From NCBI RefSeq assembly GCF_000341395.1, contig NC_020304.1, positions 182,011-214,010 on the forward strand: a stretch of 32,000 bases of DNA. The letters are read 5' to 3'. Position 1 is the stretch's first letter, and every line of letters begins with the position of its first letter. Shown in pieces: positions 19,804 to 27,481 of the stretch. Source of the stretch: Desulfocapsa sulfexigens DSM 10523. Lineage in GTDB: Bacteria; Desulfobacterota; Desulfobulbia; Desulfobulbales; Desulfocapsaceae. Below the pieces are notes generated by a model, which saw only the letters and a list, made by a program, of their open reading frames with translations, was not told the DNA's origin and did no database searches. Made by a program: the position numbers and the translations under genes.

Positions 19804-20274
19804 CTACATTGATTCGCAATGCCCATGGCAATCACGATTAATATATCCTGGAGGACATGGCTGATTATACCGGTAATCCCAGTTTGTACAATCATTCTGG
19901 TAGACTGACTGACACCCCCCCCTGCAGTCACCGTTAACAGTTCCGGGAGGGCAGGGTGCGTTGGCTTCGAAATCCCAGTTACTACAGTCATATTGCGGAA
20001 CATCAGGTGGGGGGCCAACTTGGGTATTACATAGTCTTGGGCCCGGACATGTCTTAAATCTGTTCCCAGTGGTGTCGTCACAGAGTGTTTCGTAGACCTT
20101 TCCAGGCTGGCAAACCCCTTGATGTGAATCAAGTCCGAGGACGCGACATGGAGCTCCCCGCCCAGCATAATTGCTGGGTAACACCTGCCATGGTCCTGGA
20201 CAATCTGCGGCTTGAGCAGTTGAGGAGAAAACGAAAAGACTGGTAGTGAATAACAAATACTTTCTTAGTTGCAT
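19804..20274 (-). CDS. secreted cysteine-rich protein with a tandem ~30 aa repeat, unknown function
   Basis: I prefer the ATG at 20274, which has a GGAG 6 nt upstream. Signal peptide MQLRKYLLFTTSLFVFSSTAQA/ADC. The mature part has 14 Cys. Two C-terminal repeats follow the pattern DC(S/T)NWD(F/Y)..N.PCPPG..N.DC.G.C(Q/E)S. Confidence 0.7.
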   Translation of the reverse strand: MQLRKYLLFTTSLFVFSSTAQAADCPGPWQVLPSNYAGRGAPCRVLGLDSHQGVCQPGKVYETLCDDTTGNRFKTCPGPRLCNTQVGPPPDVPQYDCSNWDFEANAPCPPGTVNGDCRGGCQSVYQNDCTNWDYRYNQPCPPGYINRDCHGHCESM

Positions 20275-20440
20275 GCCACACTCCATTTCGTAGATATTTT
20301 CAACTCACCCCTAATAACAGGTATTTCCATTACTGAACAAATACAATTAGCACCAATTATTGTTAAATGAAAGAGAAATATTGGAATCATATTACAGAGA
20401 AGTAAACCGAGGGTGAGCTTCAAATTGTACTATCCAAACT

Positions 20441-20603
20441 CTAACAACAGGGACCTTCTATACCCAGAAAATCATTAATGATTCCACGAACACAGCCCTC
20501 ACCTGCTTCCACAGCAATTGCACCCGTCGGACAGTTTCGCATGCAGGCTCCGCACTCCATACATACATTACGGGCAGCTATTACAGCTTTTTTTTACTTC
20601 CAT
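20441..20603 (-). pseudogene. ferredoxin-like (CxxCxxCxxxCP) mini-ORF, frame-broken at an A8 run or N-terminally truncated
   Basis: My own minus-strand translation gives ...AVIAARNVCMECGACMRNCPTGAIAVEAGEGCVRGIINDFLGIEGPCC*. The only in-frame ATG (20560) lies after the first motif cysteine. An ATG at 20603 (MEVKK) joins this frame only if the A8 run (20588-20595) is read as A7. No Shine-Dalgarno is seen. Confidence 0.35.
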
Positions 20604-20681
20604 TTGAAAAACACCATTGCCACAGCTCCAATCCCAGAAGGTCTCGCAATATCCTTCGATCCACTATGCAGTAAACCGTGC

Positions 20682-21497
20682 CTAGCACATTCCCTGGCTG
20701 GCCAGAAGCATATGGCCTTTCTCAGCCTCGGCCAGAGTGATGAACGATGTCTCCAACTCCGTCCCCTGAAGGCGCAAAGCAACGGAACGATATAAGTCAT
20801 AGGCTGCATGTTCTATTTCCAGAACAATTTCAAGGAGCCGGGCTTCGAAATTATCTTCAATTTTGTGAAGCTTCTCAAGGTGTTCTGCTACGGGTTTTCC
20901 TCCTTCAACGATATCGCCGGGAAGAGAGGCGTACAGTTCCTCAAAGGGAGGGATAGTCTCTCCGGTTTTGGCCCACATGGAATAGATCAAACGCGCATGG
21001 CCAGTCTCTGCCTGACCAAGTACTTCGATGGTTCTGCGATAGGGAACATCACCAATATCCTGCAACACTGCCTGATAAAATTTTTCGGCTCCCCGCTCAA
21101 GATTCATGGCAGTTCTGAATAACACAGAAAGATCTGCGTCAAAATCAAAAACCTGTAAAACAGGATAGTCGGGAACAGTTCTGTCGGTGAAGGAAATAAT
21201 GCCACCCTCAAGATTGTAAATTTTTTTCTGGAAAAATGGAACCGAGGTGGCAAAAAGCGCTGCGGTACGGGAACGTTTACCGCTATGGCAATAAAAAATA
21301 ATATCCTTATCAGCTGGAAGCTCGGTCAGGCGGGCATTGATTTCTGCAAGAGGCAGAAGGACACAGCCGGGAATATGCTCCTCTTCATATTCTTCGGGAA
21401 AGCGGACATCAACAACAAGATATTCACTTTCGGCCTTCTCTTTCCGAAATTTGCGAAAAGCCTCCATATTCATTTCATAGTAATCATCAAGTTGCAT
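20682..21497 (-). CDS. rhodanese domain fused to a ferritin-like (rubrerythrin-type) four-helix domain
   Basis: Rhodanese region: LVVDVRFPEEYEEEHIPG...IIFYCHSGKRSRTAA, which includes the active-site Cys loop. The C-terminal half has two E...ExxH pairs (ERGAEKFY...AETGH; EIEHAAYDLY...AEKGH). Confidence 0.85.
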   Translation of the reverse strand: MQLDDYYEMNMEAFRKFRKEKAESEYLVVDVRFPEEYEEEHIPGCVLLPLAEINARLTELPADKDIIFYCHSGKRSRTAALFATSVPFFQKKIYNLEGGIISFTDRTVPDYPVLQVFDFDADLSVLFRTAMNLERGAEKFYQAVLQDIGDVPYRRTIEVLGQAETGHARLIYSMWAKTGETIPPFEELYASLPGDIVEGGKPVAEHLEKLHKIEDNFEARLLEIVLEIEHAAYDLYRSVALRLQGTELETSFITLAEAEKGHMLLASQGMC

Positions 21498-21557
21498 AAC
21501 GTTTTTCTCTCTTTAATTTGTTTATCGGCGTGTATACCGAGTCACAGGACAAAGCTT

Positions 21558-21799
21558 TCCCCTCCTTGCCAAGATACGCCTTCACAATACTTTCATCCTG
21601 CCACAGGGTTGCCGCATCACACTTGATTACGATCTTTCCGGTTTCCAAAACATAGCCATGGCTTGCCAGCTGAAGGGCGCCCCTGGCATTTTTCCACCAG
21701 CAGGATAGTCACCTCTTCCTTATTCAGACAGACAAAAATAGGCATGATCTCCTTGACCAGAAATGGAGCAAATACAAGAATTGGGCTGATAGTAACCAT
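21558..21799 (-). pseudogene. C-terminal remnant of a livF-like branched-chain amino acid ABC transporter ATPase (truncated and frameshifted)
   Basis: Track ORF 21617..21799 reads ...APFLVKEIMPIFVCLNKEEVTILLVE. After a frame change at about 21691 my translation continues NARGALQLASHGYVLETGKIVIKCDAATLWQDESIVKAYLGKEG. This matches LivF from the D-loop region to the C-terminus. The Walker A/B part is absent. Confidence 0.6.
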
Positions 21800-21879
21800 A
21801 CCCTTGCAAAAGTGATACTGCTACGAAAAATCGCCCCCCCACTCACTATCAAAAGAGTCTACTCAGGCTACAACATTAT

Positions 21880-22137
21880 CTACTGAGAGCTGTTTTTTTG
21901 GATCCTTTGCCCTTTGCCTTGACCACGCCCCTTGCCACCCCTTTCTCCAGTAGCCTTTTGCTGTCGTTCCCGGGATCTGTTGGACTCTTGTTCAGTGATT
22001 GTACCATCGCCGTCAACATCATATTTTTTCTGGAACAGAGAACCTTTAGCGGATACGTTTTCTCCTGGAATCAGGACAGCAATCATACCGAATGTTCCGA
22101 GTACTACCGTAGCAATTAGAACTTTAGTGTATCCCAT
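21880..22137 (-). CDS. small membrane-anchored/secreted EF-hand protein with a basic Gly/Lys/Arg tail
   Basis: N-terminal hydrophobic segment VLIATVVLGTFGMIAVLI. Canonical 12-residue EF loop DVDGDGTITEQE. An AGGGGA Shine-Dalgarno-like element lies 9 nt upstream. Confidence 0.7.
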   Translation of the reverse strand: MGYTKVLIATVVLGTFGMIAVLIPGENVSAKGSLFQKKYDVDGDGTITEQESNRSRERQQKATGERGGKGRGQGKGQRIQKNSSQ

Positions 22138-22549
22138 AGAATACTGTCCCCTGTTTATATTTTACAACCTCTAAGTTTTTTCTTTGGGGGGGGACACATA
22201 TAACAACAGCCAAAACGAATAATAGCAGTGATTTCTGGAATTTTGCTCAACAACGAAGCATATTTCACCGAAAGGCAAGGCACCAATAAAATCGAGATCA
22301 AACTGCAGTAAACACCCCACTTACAGTCATCCCTTTCATACACCATTTCATATCTCGTAAAAATTCCCTGAAACCGGTTAAATTGTTTGACTTTTGAAAT
22401 GCACAGGCATATCCTTCAAACACCACAACGTATCCGCACGGAGAATATAATTAGAGACCGACTGTTAATCAGATTTCCCCATTCTCCATGCTGTTTTTTT
22501 GTACTATTATTTTTTATTCATCCCACTCAACCACATTATATAAACGATT

Positions 22550-24784
22550 ATGAAATGGTCTAACCTTAAACTTTCGGCAAAGTTTGGTCTTATTTTTGGC
22601 AGCGCTTTTATTTCTTTTATCCTGGTCCTTCTTTTTTACCAGCGTACTGTCACCCAAACAACGGGAGGATTCAAGGATCTTATTACTACTGAAGTTGCCA
22701 TTGCTTCCCATGCAACTGCAATTAATGGAAGTATGCAGCAGGCGCGACGGCTTGAAAAAGAATTCCTGCTCAGCAAGGATTTACTCTATAAAGAAAATCT
22801 GCTGGAAACCCTTAAGGGGCTGAAAGACGAGGCAGCTAGAATAAAAGATCTGGCTCGAGACACAGAAAGCAATACCGCTACTCTCGCTACTGAAATCCTA
22901 AGCCAGGTGACCATTTATCAACAGGCCTTCGAGAAACTGGTTTCCTCCCAAATGACAAACGGTCTCGACAGCAACTCTGGCCTGCAGGGAGAGTTTAAAG
23001 CATTAGCTCTGCAGGTTGCCAAAAATCTGAAAAAGCATCAGGTGAGTGATTCCTACCTTGCCCTTTTGCAGATGCGCCGTTTTGAAAAGGAATATGTCCG
23101 TACCAAATCGGAACGTCATATGGCAAAGTTACTGGAATCCATTGATACTTACGAAACGTCACTAGACACCCTTGAAGATGAAGAGGATTTGTATGATGAC
23201 CAGATTGAAAAGCTCTCTGCCTATCAGGAAGCTGTAAACAACTACGCACAATCACCAGACGAATCCACACTGAGAGAACTGCAGACCACGGCGGTGGATT
23301 TGGAGGCAGGCTTGAATCATCTCTATGTTCCAAATGCCAGGATTCAACTTCTCCTCCTGAGACTGACCGAAAAAAATTACATCATCACTCGAATGAAAAA
23401 ATACGGTGTAGCCACTCTTGAAGCCGCAGAAACCATTCAAGACATCTTTGATGAATCCAATGCGGATCCTAAGTATATCGAAATCATTAACGCTGATCTC
23501 ACAGCCTACAGTGAAACTTTCTCTGCCTTGATGGCCAATGATGTACAGATAGTCGAAGCACTGCTAGTGATGAGTGGAGCCGCAAAAAAAGTGGAACCAC
23601 TGGTAGCTGAGATCATGGATCAAGCCAACCAGGGAAAAGAAGCACAAATCACCAGCACTTCTGCTAAAGCCCAGAAAATGGGCATGCTTGCCATAAGCAT
23701 TGGCCTCTGCGTAGTCCTGATATCAGGTATTTTCACATTTTTCACCATCCGTTCGATTGTTGCCGAATTGAAGCGTGGTGTTGATTTTGCGAAACAAATG
23801 TCTTTAGGGGACTTCACCACCACTCTCACGATCAATCGTCGTGACGAGATCGGAACCCTCGGTGAAGCGTTGAACAACATGGTTTCCGGTATTCGTGAGA
23901 TGTTTACAGAAATCTCCCAGGGAGTGGCTCACCTGTCTTCCTCTTCAGATGAGTTATCCACTATTTCTCATCAAATGTCTGACGGCGCAGAACTCTCTTC
24001 CCAGAAGTCAAATAGCGTTGCAGCTGCTGCTGAAGAGATGAGTGTCAATATGGATTCGGTAACACTGGCTAGTGAAAATGCCACCAACAATGTCAATATG
24101 ATTGCTGCTGCCGTAGAAGAAATGAATGTTACGGCTCAGGATATAGCCCGTCAGACCGAAAAAGGTCAGAAAATCTCGCACGATGCGACAAAACGCATCA
24201 ATATCTCCTCCGGGATGATAGAACAACTGGGTCAGGACATTTTCGAAATCAACAAGGTCACCGAAGCTATTAATGAAATTTCTGATCAAACAAATCTACT
24301 CGCCCTGAATGCTACAATCGAAGCTGCGAGAGCAGGTGATGCCGGAAAGGGTTTTGCCGTAGTGGCCAATGAAATCAAAGAGCTGGCCAAACAGACCTCT
24401 GCCGCCACCCAGGAAATCAAACAGCACATAGAAAGCATTCAAGGTTCTACAGGAAAAACTGTGGATGAAATAAAGGGAGTTGCAGCCGTTGTGGCAGAAG
24501 TTGATACAATCGTTTCTAGCATTGCCCTTTCCATGGAGGAACAGACAGCCACCAATCAGGAAGTTGCAGGTAATATCGCCGAGGTATCGGAAGGAATGGT
24601 GGAGGTCAATGAAAACGTAGGCCAAAGTTCGTTGGTGGCAGGGGAAACCGCAAAAGACATTGCCGAGGTTAGCCGAATAGCCCAGGAAATCATGGCCAAC
24701 GGAAACAAAGTGAATCTCAGCGCTGGTGACCTTGCCAGCCTGGCATCAAAACTCAAGAAACTTATGCAGCGTTATAAACTGTAG
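22550..24784 (+). CDS. methyl-accepting chemotaxis protein with a large (~350 aa) helical periplasmic sensor, HAMP and MA domains
   Basis: Two TM helices and a HAMP region ([15 protein letters not shown]). The highly conserved MCP hairpin is present: [34 protein letters not shown]. Confidence 0.95.
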   Translation: MKWSNLKLSAKFGLIFGSAFISFILVLLFYQRTVTQTTGGFKDLITTEVAIASHATAINGSMQQARRLEKEFLLSKDLLYKENLLETLKGLKDEAARIKDLARDTESNTATLATEILSQVTIYQQAFEKLVSSQMTNGLDSNSGLQGEFKALALQVAKNLKKHQVSDSYLALLQMRRFEKEYVRTKSERHMAKLLESIDTYETSLDTLEDEEDLYDDQIEKLSAYQEAVNNYAQSPDESTLRELQTTAVDLEAGLNHLYVPNARIQLLLLRLTEKNYIITRMKKYGVATLEAAETIQDIFDESNADPKYIEIINADLTAYSETFSALMANDVQIVEALLVMSGAAKKVEPLVAEIMDQANQGKEAQITSTSAKAQKMGMLAISIGLCVVLISGIFTFFTIRSIVAELKRGVDFAKQMSLGDFTTTLTINRRDEIGTLGEALNNMVSGIREMFTEISQGVAHLSSSSDELSTISHQMSDGAELSSQKSNSVAAAAEEMSVNMDSVTLASENATNNVNMIAAAVEEMNVTAQDIARQTEKGQKISHDATKRINISSGMIEQLGQDIFEINKVTEAINEISDQTNLLALNATIEAARAGDAGKGFAVVANEIKELAKQTSAATQEIKQHIESIQGSTGKTVDEIKGVAAVVAEVDTIVSSIALSMEEQTATNQEVAGNIAEVSEGMVEVNENVGQSSLVAGETAKDIAEVSRIAQEIMANGNKVNLSAGDLASLASKLKKLMQRYKL

Positions 24785-24803
24785 AGAGTGGCGAAGGGAA
24801 AAA

Positions 24804-24840
24804 AACGGGTTCCTGCAAAACTGCAGAGACCCGTTTTTTT
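24804..24840 (+). terminator. rho-independent terminator of the MCP gene
   Basis: AACGGGT (24804-24810) pairs with ACCCGTT (24829-24835). An inner CTGC/GCAG pairing is also possible. A T7 run follows the stem, 20 nt after the MCP stop. Confidence 0.7.
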
Positions 24841-24865
24841 ATTGATTCTACCAGGCCAGATTGCC

Positions 24866-25150
24866 ATGAGCCTGAACTACGGCTGGCTACCGCTGATCTA
24901 TGTTGGTCTTTTTGAGATGAGTATTACCTTTGCCCTCTGGCTGACAGCCCTGCAATTGGCCGCTTCGGCAGCCAGAATAGGAATTCTTATCTATATAACC
25001 CCGTTTTTTTCTCTTCTAATCCTGAAAACCGTTGTGGAAGAACAGATCCATCCAGCCACTTTTATCGGAATTGCTTTGATTATCGGCAGTATTTTATTCC
25101 AGAGCTGGCGACCAGAAGAAAGACAGCAGCACAATAAAACTTCCCTATGA
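24866..25150 (+). CDS. EamA/DMT-family fragment (C-terminal ~3 TM only), possible gene remnant
   Basis: The track ORF starts at a GTG at 24788, but that stretch contains the MCP terminator, so I use the ATG at 24866. The sequence ...ITFALWLTAL...LIYITPFFSLLIL...FIGIALIIGSILF matches the end of an EamA domain. Its stop overlaps the next start (ATGA). Confidence 0.5.
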   Translation: MSLNYGWLPLIYVGLFEMSITFALWLTALQLAASAARIGILIYITPFFSLLILKTVVEEQIHPATFIGIALIIGSILFQSWRPEERQQHNKTSL

Positions 25151-26025
25151 AATATTATCTCTATGCGATGGGGGCAATCCTCTGCTGGGCAAGCCTTCCG
25201 GCCGCCACCGGATCAGGACTGACAGAGCTTTCAACGGAAGAGCTGATGTTCTTCAGTTTTAGCAGTGCAGCTGTTTTCCTCTATGCACAGGACGTTCTTT
25301 TGACACGTTCTTTCACTGTTTATATTCCAAATCTGAAAGCTATTCTGCTCGGAGTCTGGGGTATTTTTATCTACCATTACATCTATTATATGGCGCTTGG
25401 CCGCGCGCCTTTAGCCGAAGGCGCAATACTGGCCACCACATGGTCATTCTGGATAGTGGTATTTTCTTCGATAATTCTTTTTAGAAAATTGAAAATCTCC
25501 ATAGTGATTACTGCTTTTGCGGGAATGATCGGGGTAGGAATTGTTATTGCATCCGGCAAGGATCTCAGCTTCAGCGGTGACTATATGCAGGGATATCAGC
25601 TTGCCCTGGCCTGTGGTCTGATCTGGTCGAGTTTTTCGGTGGCACTCGGCCATGTAAGAATACCAAGAGAGCCGATGACGTTTTTCACCATTATAGCAGC
25701 CCTCCTTTCAGCTCTGCTCTACGTACTCACCATGCCCCACGGAGTACCGTCACCCAAAGCCATCCGTGCAGCCGTCTATCTCGGCTGTGTTCCACTGGGC
25801 TTATCCTTCTTTTTGTGGAACCGTGCGGTTACCAGGGGAAATATGGTTATAATTGGTTTTCTCAGCTACCTCACCCCGCCCCTTTCAGTTCTGCTGGTGG
25901 CCCTGATTCATGGAACAACGGTTACTTCCCAGGTTCTGCTTGGAATGGCCATTATTATCATGGCTTCAATTGGTGGCCGCTTCGCTCTTTCACACTCTGG
26001 CCGAAGAAAAAAGCCTCTCAGATAA
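25147..26025 (+). CDS. DMT superfamily (EamA-type) 10-TM permease
   Basis: 292 aa with about 10 hydrophobic helices. Both halves show EamA-like repeats (FLWNRAVTRGN, LSYLTPPLSVLL). Confidence 0.85.
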   Translation: MKYYLYAMGAILCWASLPAATGSGLTELSTEELMFFSFSSAAVFLYAQDVLLTRSFTVYIPNLKAILLGVWGIFIYHYIYYMALGRAPLAEGAILATTWSFWIVVFSSIILFRKLKISIVITAFAGMIGVGIVIASGKDLSFSGDYMQGYQLALACGLIWSSFSVALGHVRIPREPMTFFTIIAALLSALLYVLTMPHGVPSPKAIRAAVYLGCVPLGLSFFLWNRAVTRGNMVIIGFLSYLTPPLSVLLVALIHGTTVTSQVLLGMAIIIMASIGGRFALSHSGRRKKPLR

Positions 26026-26914
26026 ACAAAGAGAGCAAAGAAAGACTGGCAAAGGACAGGAGAATCCCCCAGCCCACGAGAGCAGCCGTCAGCCTCGGAG
26101 CAAATCCTGCACTCATGGCCATGGCCCCCGCAGTAACCATGGGTGGCATTCCCGCCTCAAAGATGGCAATTCGTGCTTCGGGACCATCAAGCCCCAGTAG
26201 CCGGCAGATCAGAAGAGCTGCAAAGGGAGCAATAAGGAGTTTTGCGATCAGCCCGAAACAAAAGGGGAAGGTCTGGCCCGGTGCCAGTCTGATTTTCAGC
26301 TGCAAGCCAATGGCAAACATAACCACGGGAACCAACGAAGAGGCAATGAGAGACAGACTCCCTGCAATCGCCGGATGCTGCAATGGCTTTGCTAAAAGAA
26401 GAGCAGCAAGTAGCGCCAGAAATGGTGGAAAAGTAAAAATCTTTTTGAGGATGGCGCCTGCACTCTGACGCTGCTGTTCACTGTAGAACGCCAGCACAAA
26501 GGAACCATAGGTTGAGAGAGCAAGAAACGACCCGAACTGATCATAGATTATCCCGTAGGAGACCATCTCTGTGCCCCAGAAAGCCTCGATCATTGGAATA
26601 CCCAGAAATGACGTATTCCCCAGAGGAACCGTAAGAAGAAGCACCACCGTGACTTCACTTGACCAGGCAAAAAGGCGGCTGGCAATAAAGACAAGAGCAG
26701 CTCCCAGAGACGTCATCAGCCAGGGTATAATAAGAAGAACAAACAGATCTGTTGAAAAGGAGAGCGTAGGTACCTGACGCAGGATAAGGGCCGGAAGAGC
26801 AACCCAGATAACATAGAGGTTCAGGGTCACAGGCGCATTATCGGCAAAAATTGTCAATCTTTGCAACCCCATGCCGACAGCAAGACAGATAAAAATAAGA
26901 ATAAAATTTTCCAT
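26018..26914 (-). CDS. AEC (auxin efflux carrier) family permease
   Basis: The MENFILIFICLAVGMGLQR start and a 298 aa polytopic profile are typical of AEC/malonate-transporter-like proteins. It overlaps the DMT gene convergently by 8 nt. Confidence 0.85.
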   Translation of the reverse strand: MENFILIFICLAVGMGLQRLTIFADNAPVTLNLYVIWVALPALILRQVPTLSFSTDLFVLLIIPWLMTSLGAALVFIASRLFAWSSEVTVVLLLTVPLGNTSFLGIPMIEAFWGTEMVSYGIIYDQFGSFLALSTYGSFVLAFYSEQQRQSAGAILKKIFTFPPFLALLAALLLAKPLQHPAIAGSLSLIASSLVPVVMFAIGLQLKIRLAPGQTFPFCFGLIAKLLIAPFAALLICRLLGLDGPEARIAIFEAGMPPMVTAGAMAMSAGFAPRLTAALVGWGILLSFASLSLLSLFI

Positions 26915-26977
26915 AAGTCAGAAACTCAATATTTATGATGAAAGACGAAAGATCAGGCGGACGAATTGCAAAATATT

Positions 26978-27005
26978 TTCACAATCGTCAGAAATATCGT
27001 ATAAT
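26978..27005 (+). promoter_or_regulatory. candidate sigma70-type promoter (TTCACA-16 nt-TATAAT) directly abutting a mini-ORF
   Basis: TTCACA sits at 26978-26983 and a perfect TATAAT at 27000-27005. The ATG at 27011 lies about where transcription would start. This is pattern matching only. Confidence 0.25.
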
Positions 27006-27010
27006 ACACC

Positions 27011-27178
27011 ATGTATAAAATACTTATGAGTGATTCGCCTCAAAAACTTGAACTTGAAGTTCAAAGATATTTAAAAAATGGATGGTCCGTTGCCGGCGGG
27101 GTTGCTATCTCACCTGCATCAATCTATTTCCAGGCGGTATTCAACTCCACCAAAATTAAATTTCATCAAAAGAAATAA
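27011..27178 (+). CDS. small DUF1737-like protein (55 aa), not in the ORF track
   Basis: My translation is MYKILMSDSPQKLELEVQRYLKNGWSVAGGVAISPASIYFQAVFNSTKIKFHQKK*. The ...L...V...L..GW...GGV......FQAV pattern recalls DUF1737. It is below the track length cutoff. Confidence 0.5.
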   Translation: MYKILMSDSPQKLELEVQRYLKNGWSVAGGVAISPASIYFQAVFNSTKIKFHQKK

Positions 27179-27323
27179 CCATAAGTCAACACTTACAACA
27201 TCTCATTACTTCCAATTTCCTAAACGAAACATATCCCGTTTTCATCGACCATCGATGCGCTGAATCCTATAGAGAGTTAAAAAGACCCAAATCGGTACAC
27301 TTCATGGATTGATTCTCGTTGAA

Positions 27324-27388
27324 GTAATTCCATTTAAGTGGTATTTCTCTGGTCTAAGTGCAATGATATTGCTGGAATTACCTTTTTT
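27324..27388 (+). terminator. candidate hairpin plus T-run between the mini-ORF and the diguanylate cyclase
   Basis: GTAATTCC (27324-27331) pairs with GGAATTAC (27374-27381). C and T6 follow. The loop is long (42 nt) and contains a GCAAT/ATTGC sub-hairpin. The geometry is weak for a terminator. Confidence 0.3.
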
Positions 27389-27481
27389 CAAATTCACAGT
27401 ATCCTTAGTAAATGTTCTCCATGTCAATTATGTTTTTTACTGTGAAACTGTGACTTCCCTTTCTTTTATACTCTAACAGTT

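Noticed and set aside
20478-20795. A 105 aa plus-strand ORF.
   Set aside because: It is the antisense image of the ferredoxin-like motif and of the 3' end of the rhodanese fusion gene. The minus-strand reading carries the recognisable motifs.
22155-22346. A 63 aa minus-strand ORF with several Cys, upstream of the EF-hand gene.
   Set aside because: It has no Shine-Dalgarno and no motif. It sits in an AT-rich spacer, and its PPP comes from the G8/C8 tract. It is more likely non-coding leader or promoter DNA.
25815-26468. A 217 aa plus-strand ORF spanning the DMT 3' end and the AEC gene.
   Set aside because: It is antisense to the AEC permease frame, has a Gly/Pro/Arg/Ser-rich composition, and shows no domain signature. 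It is a shadow ORF.
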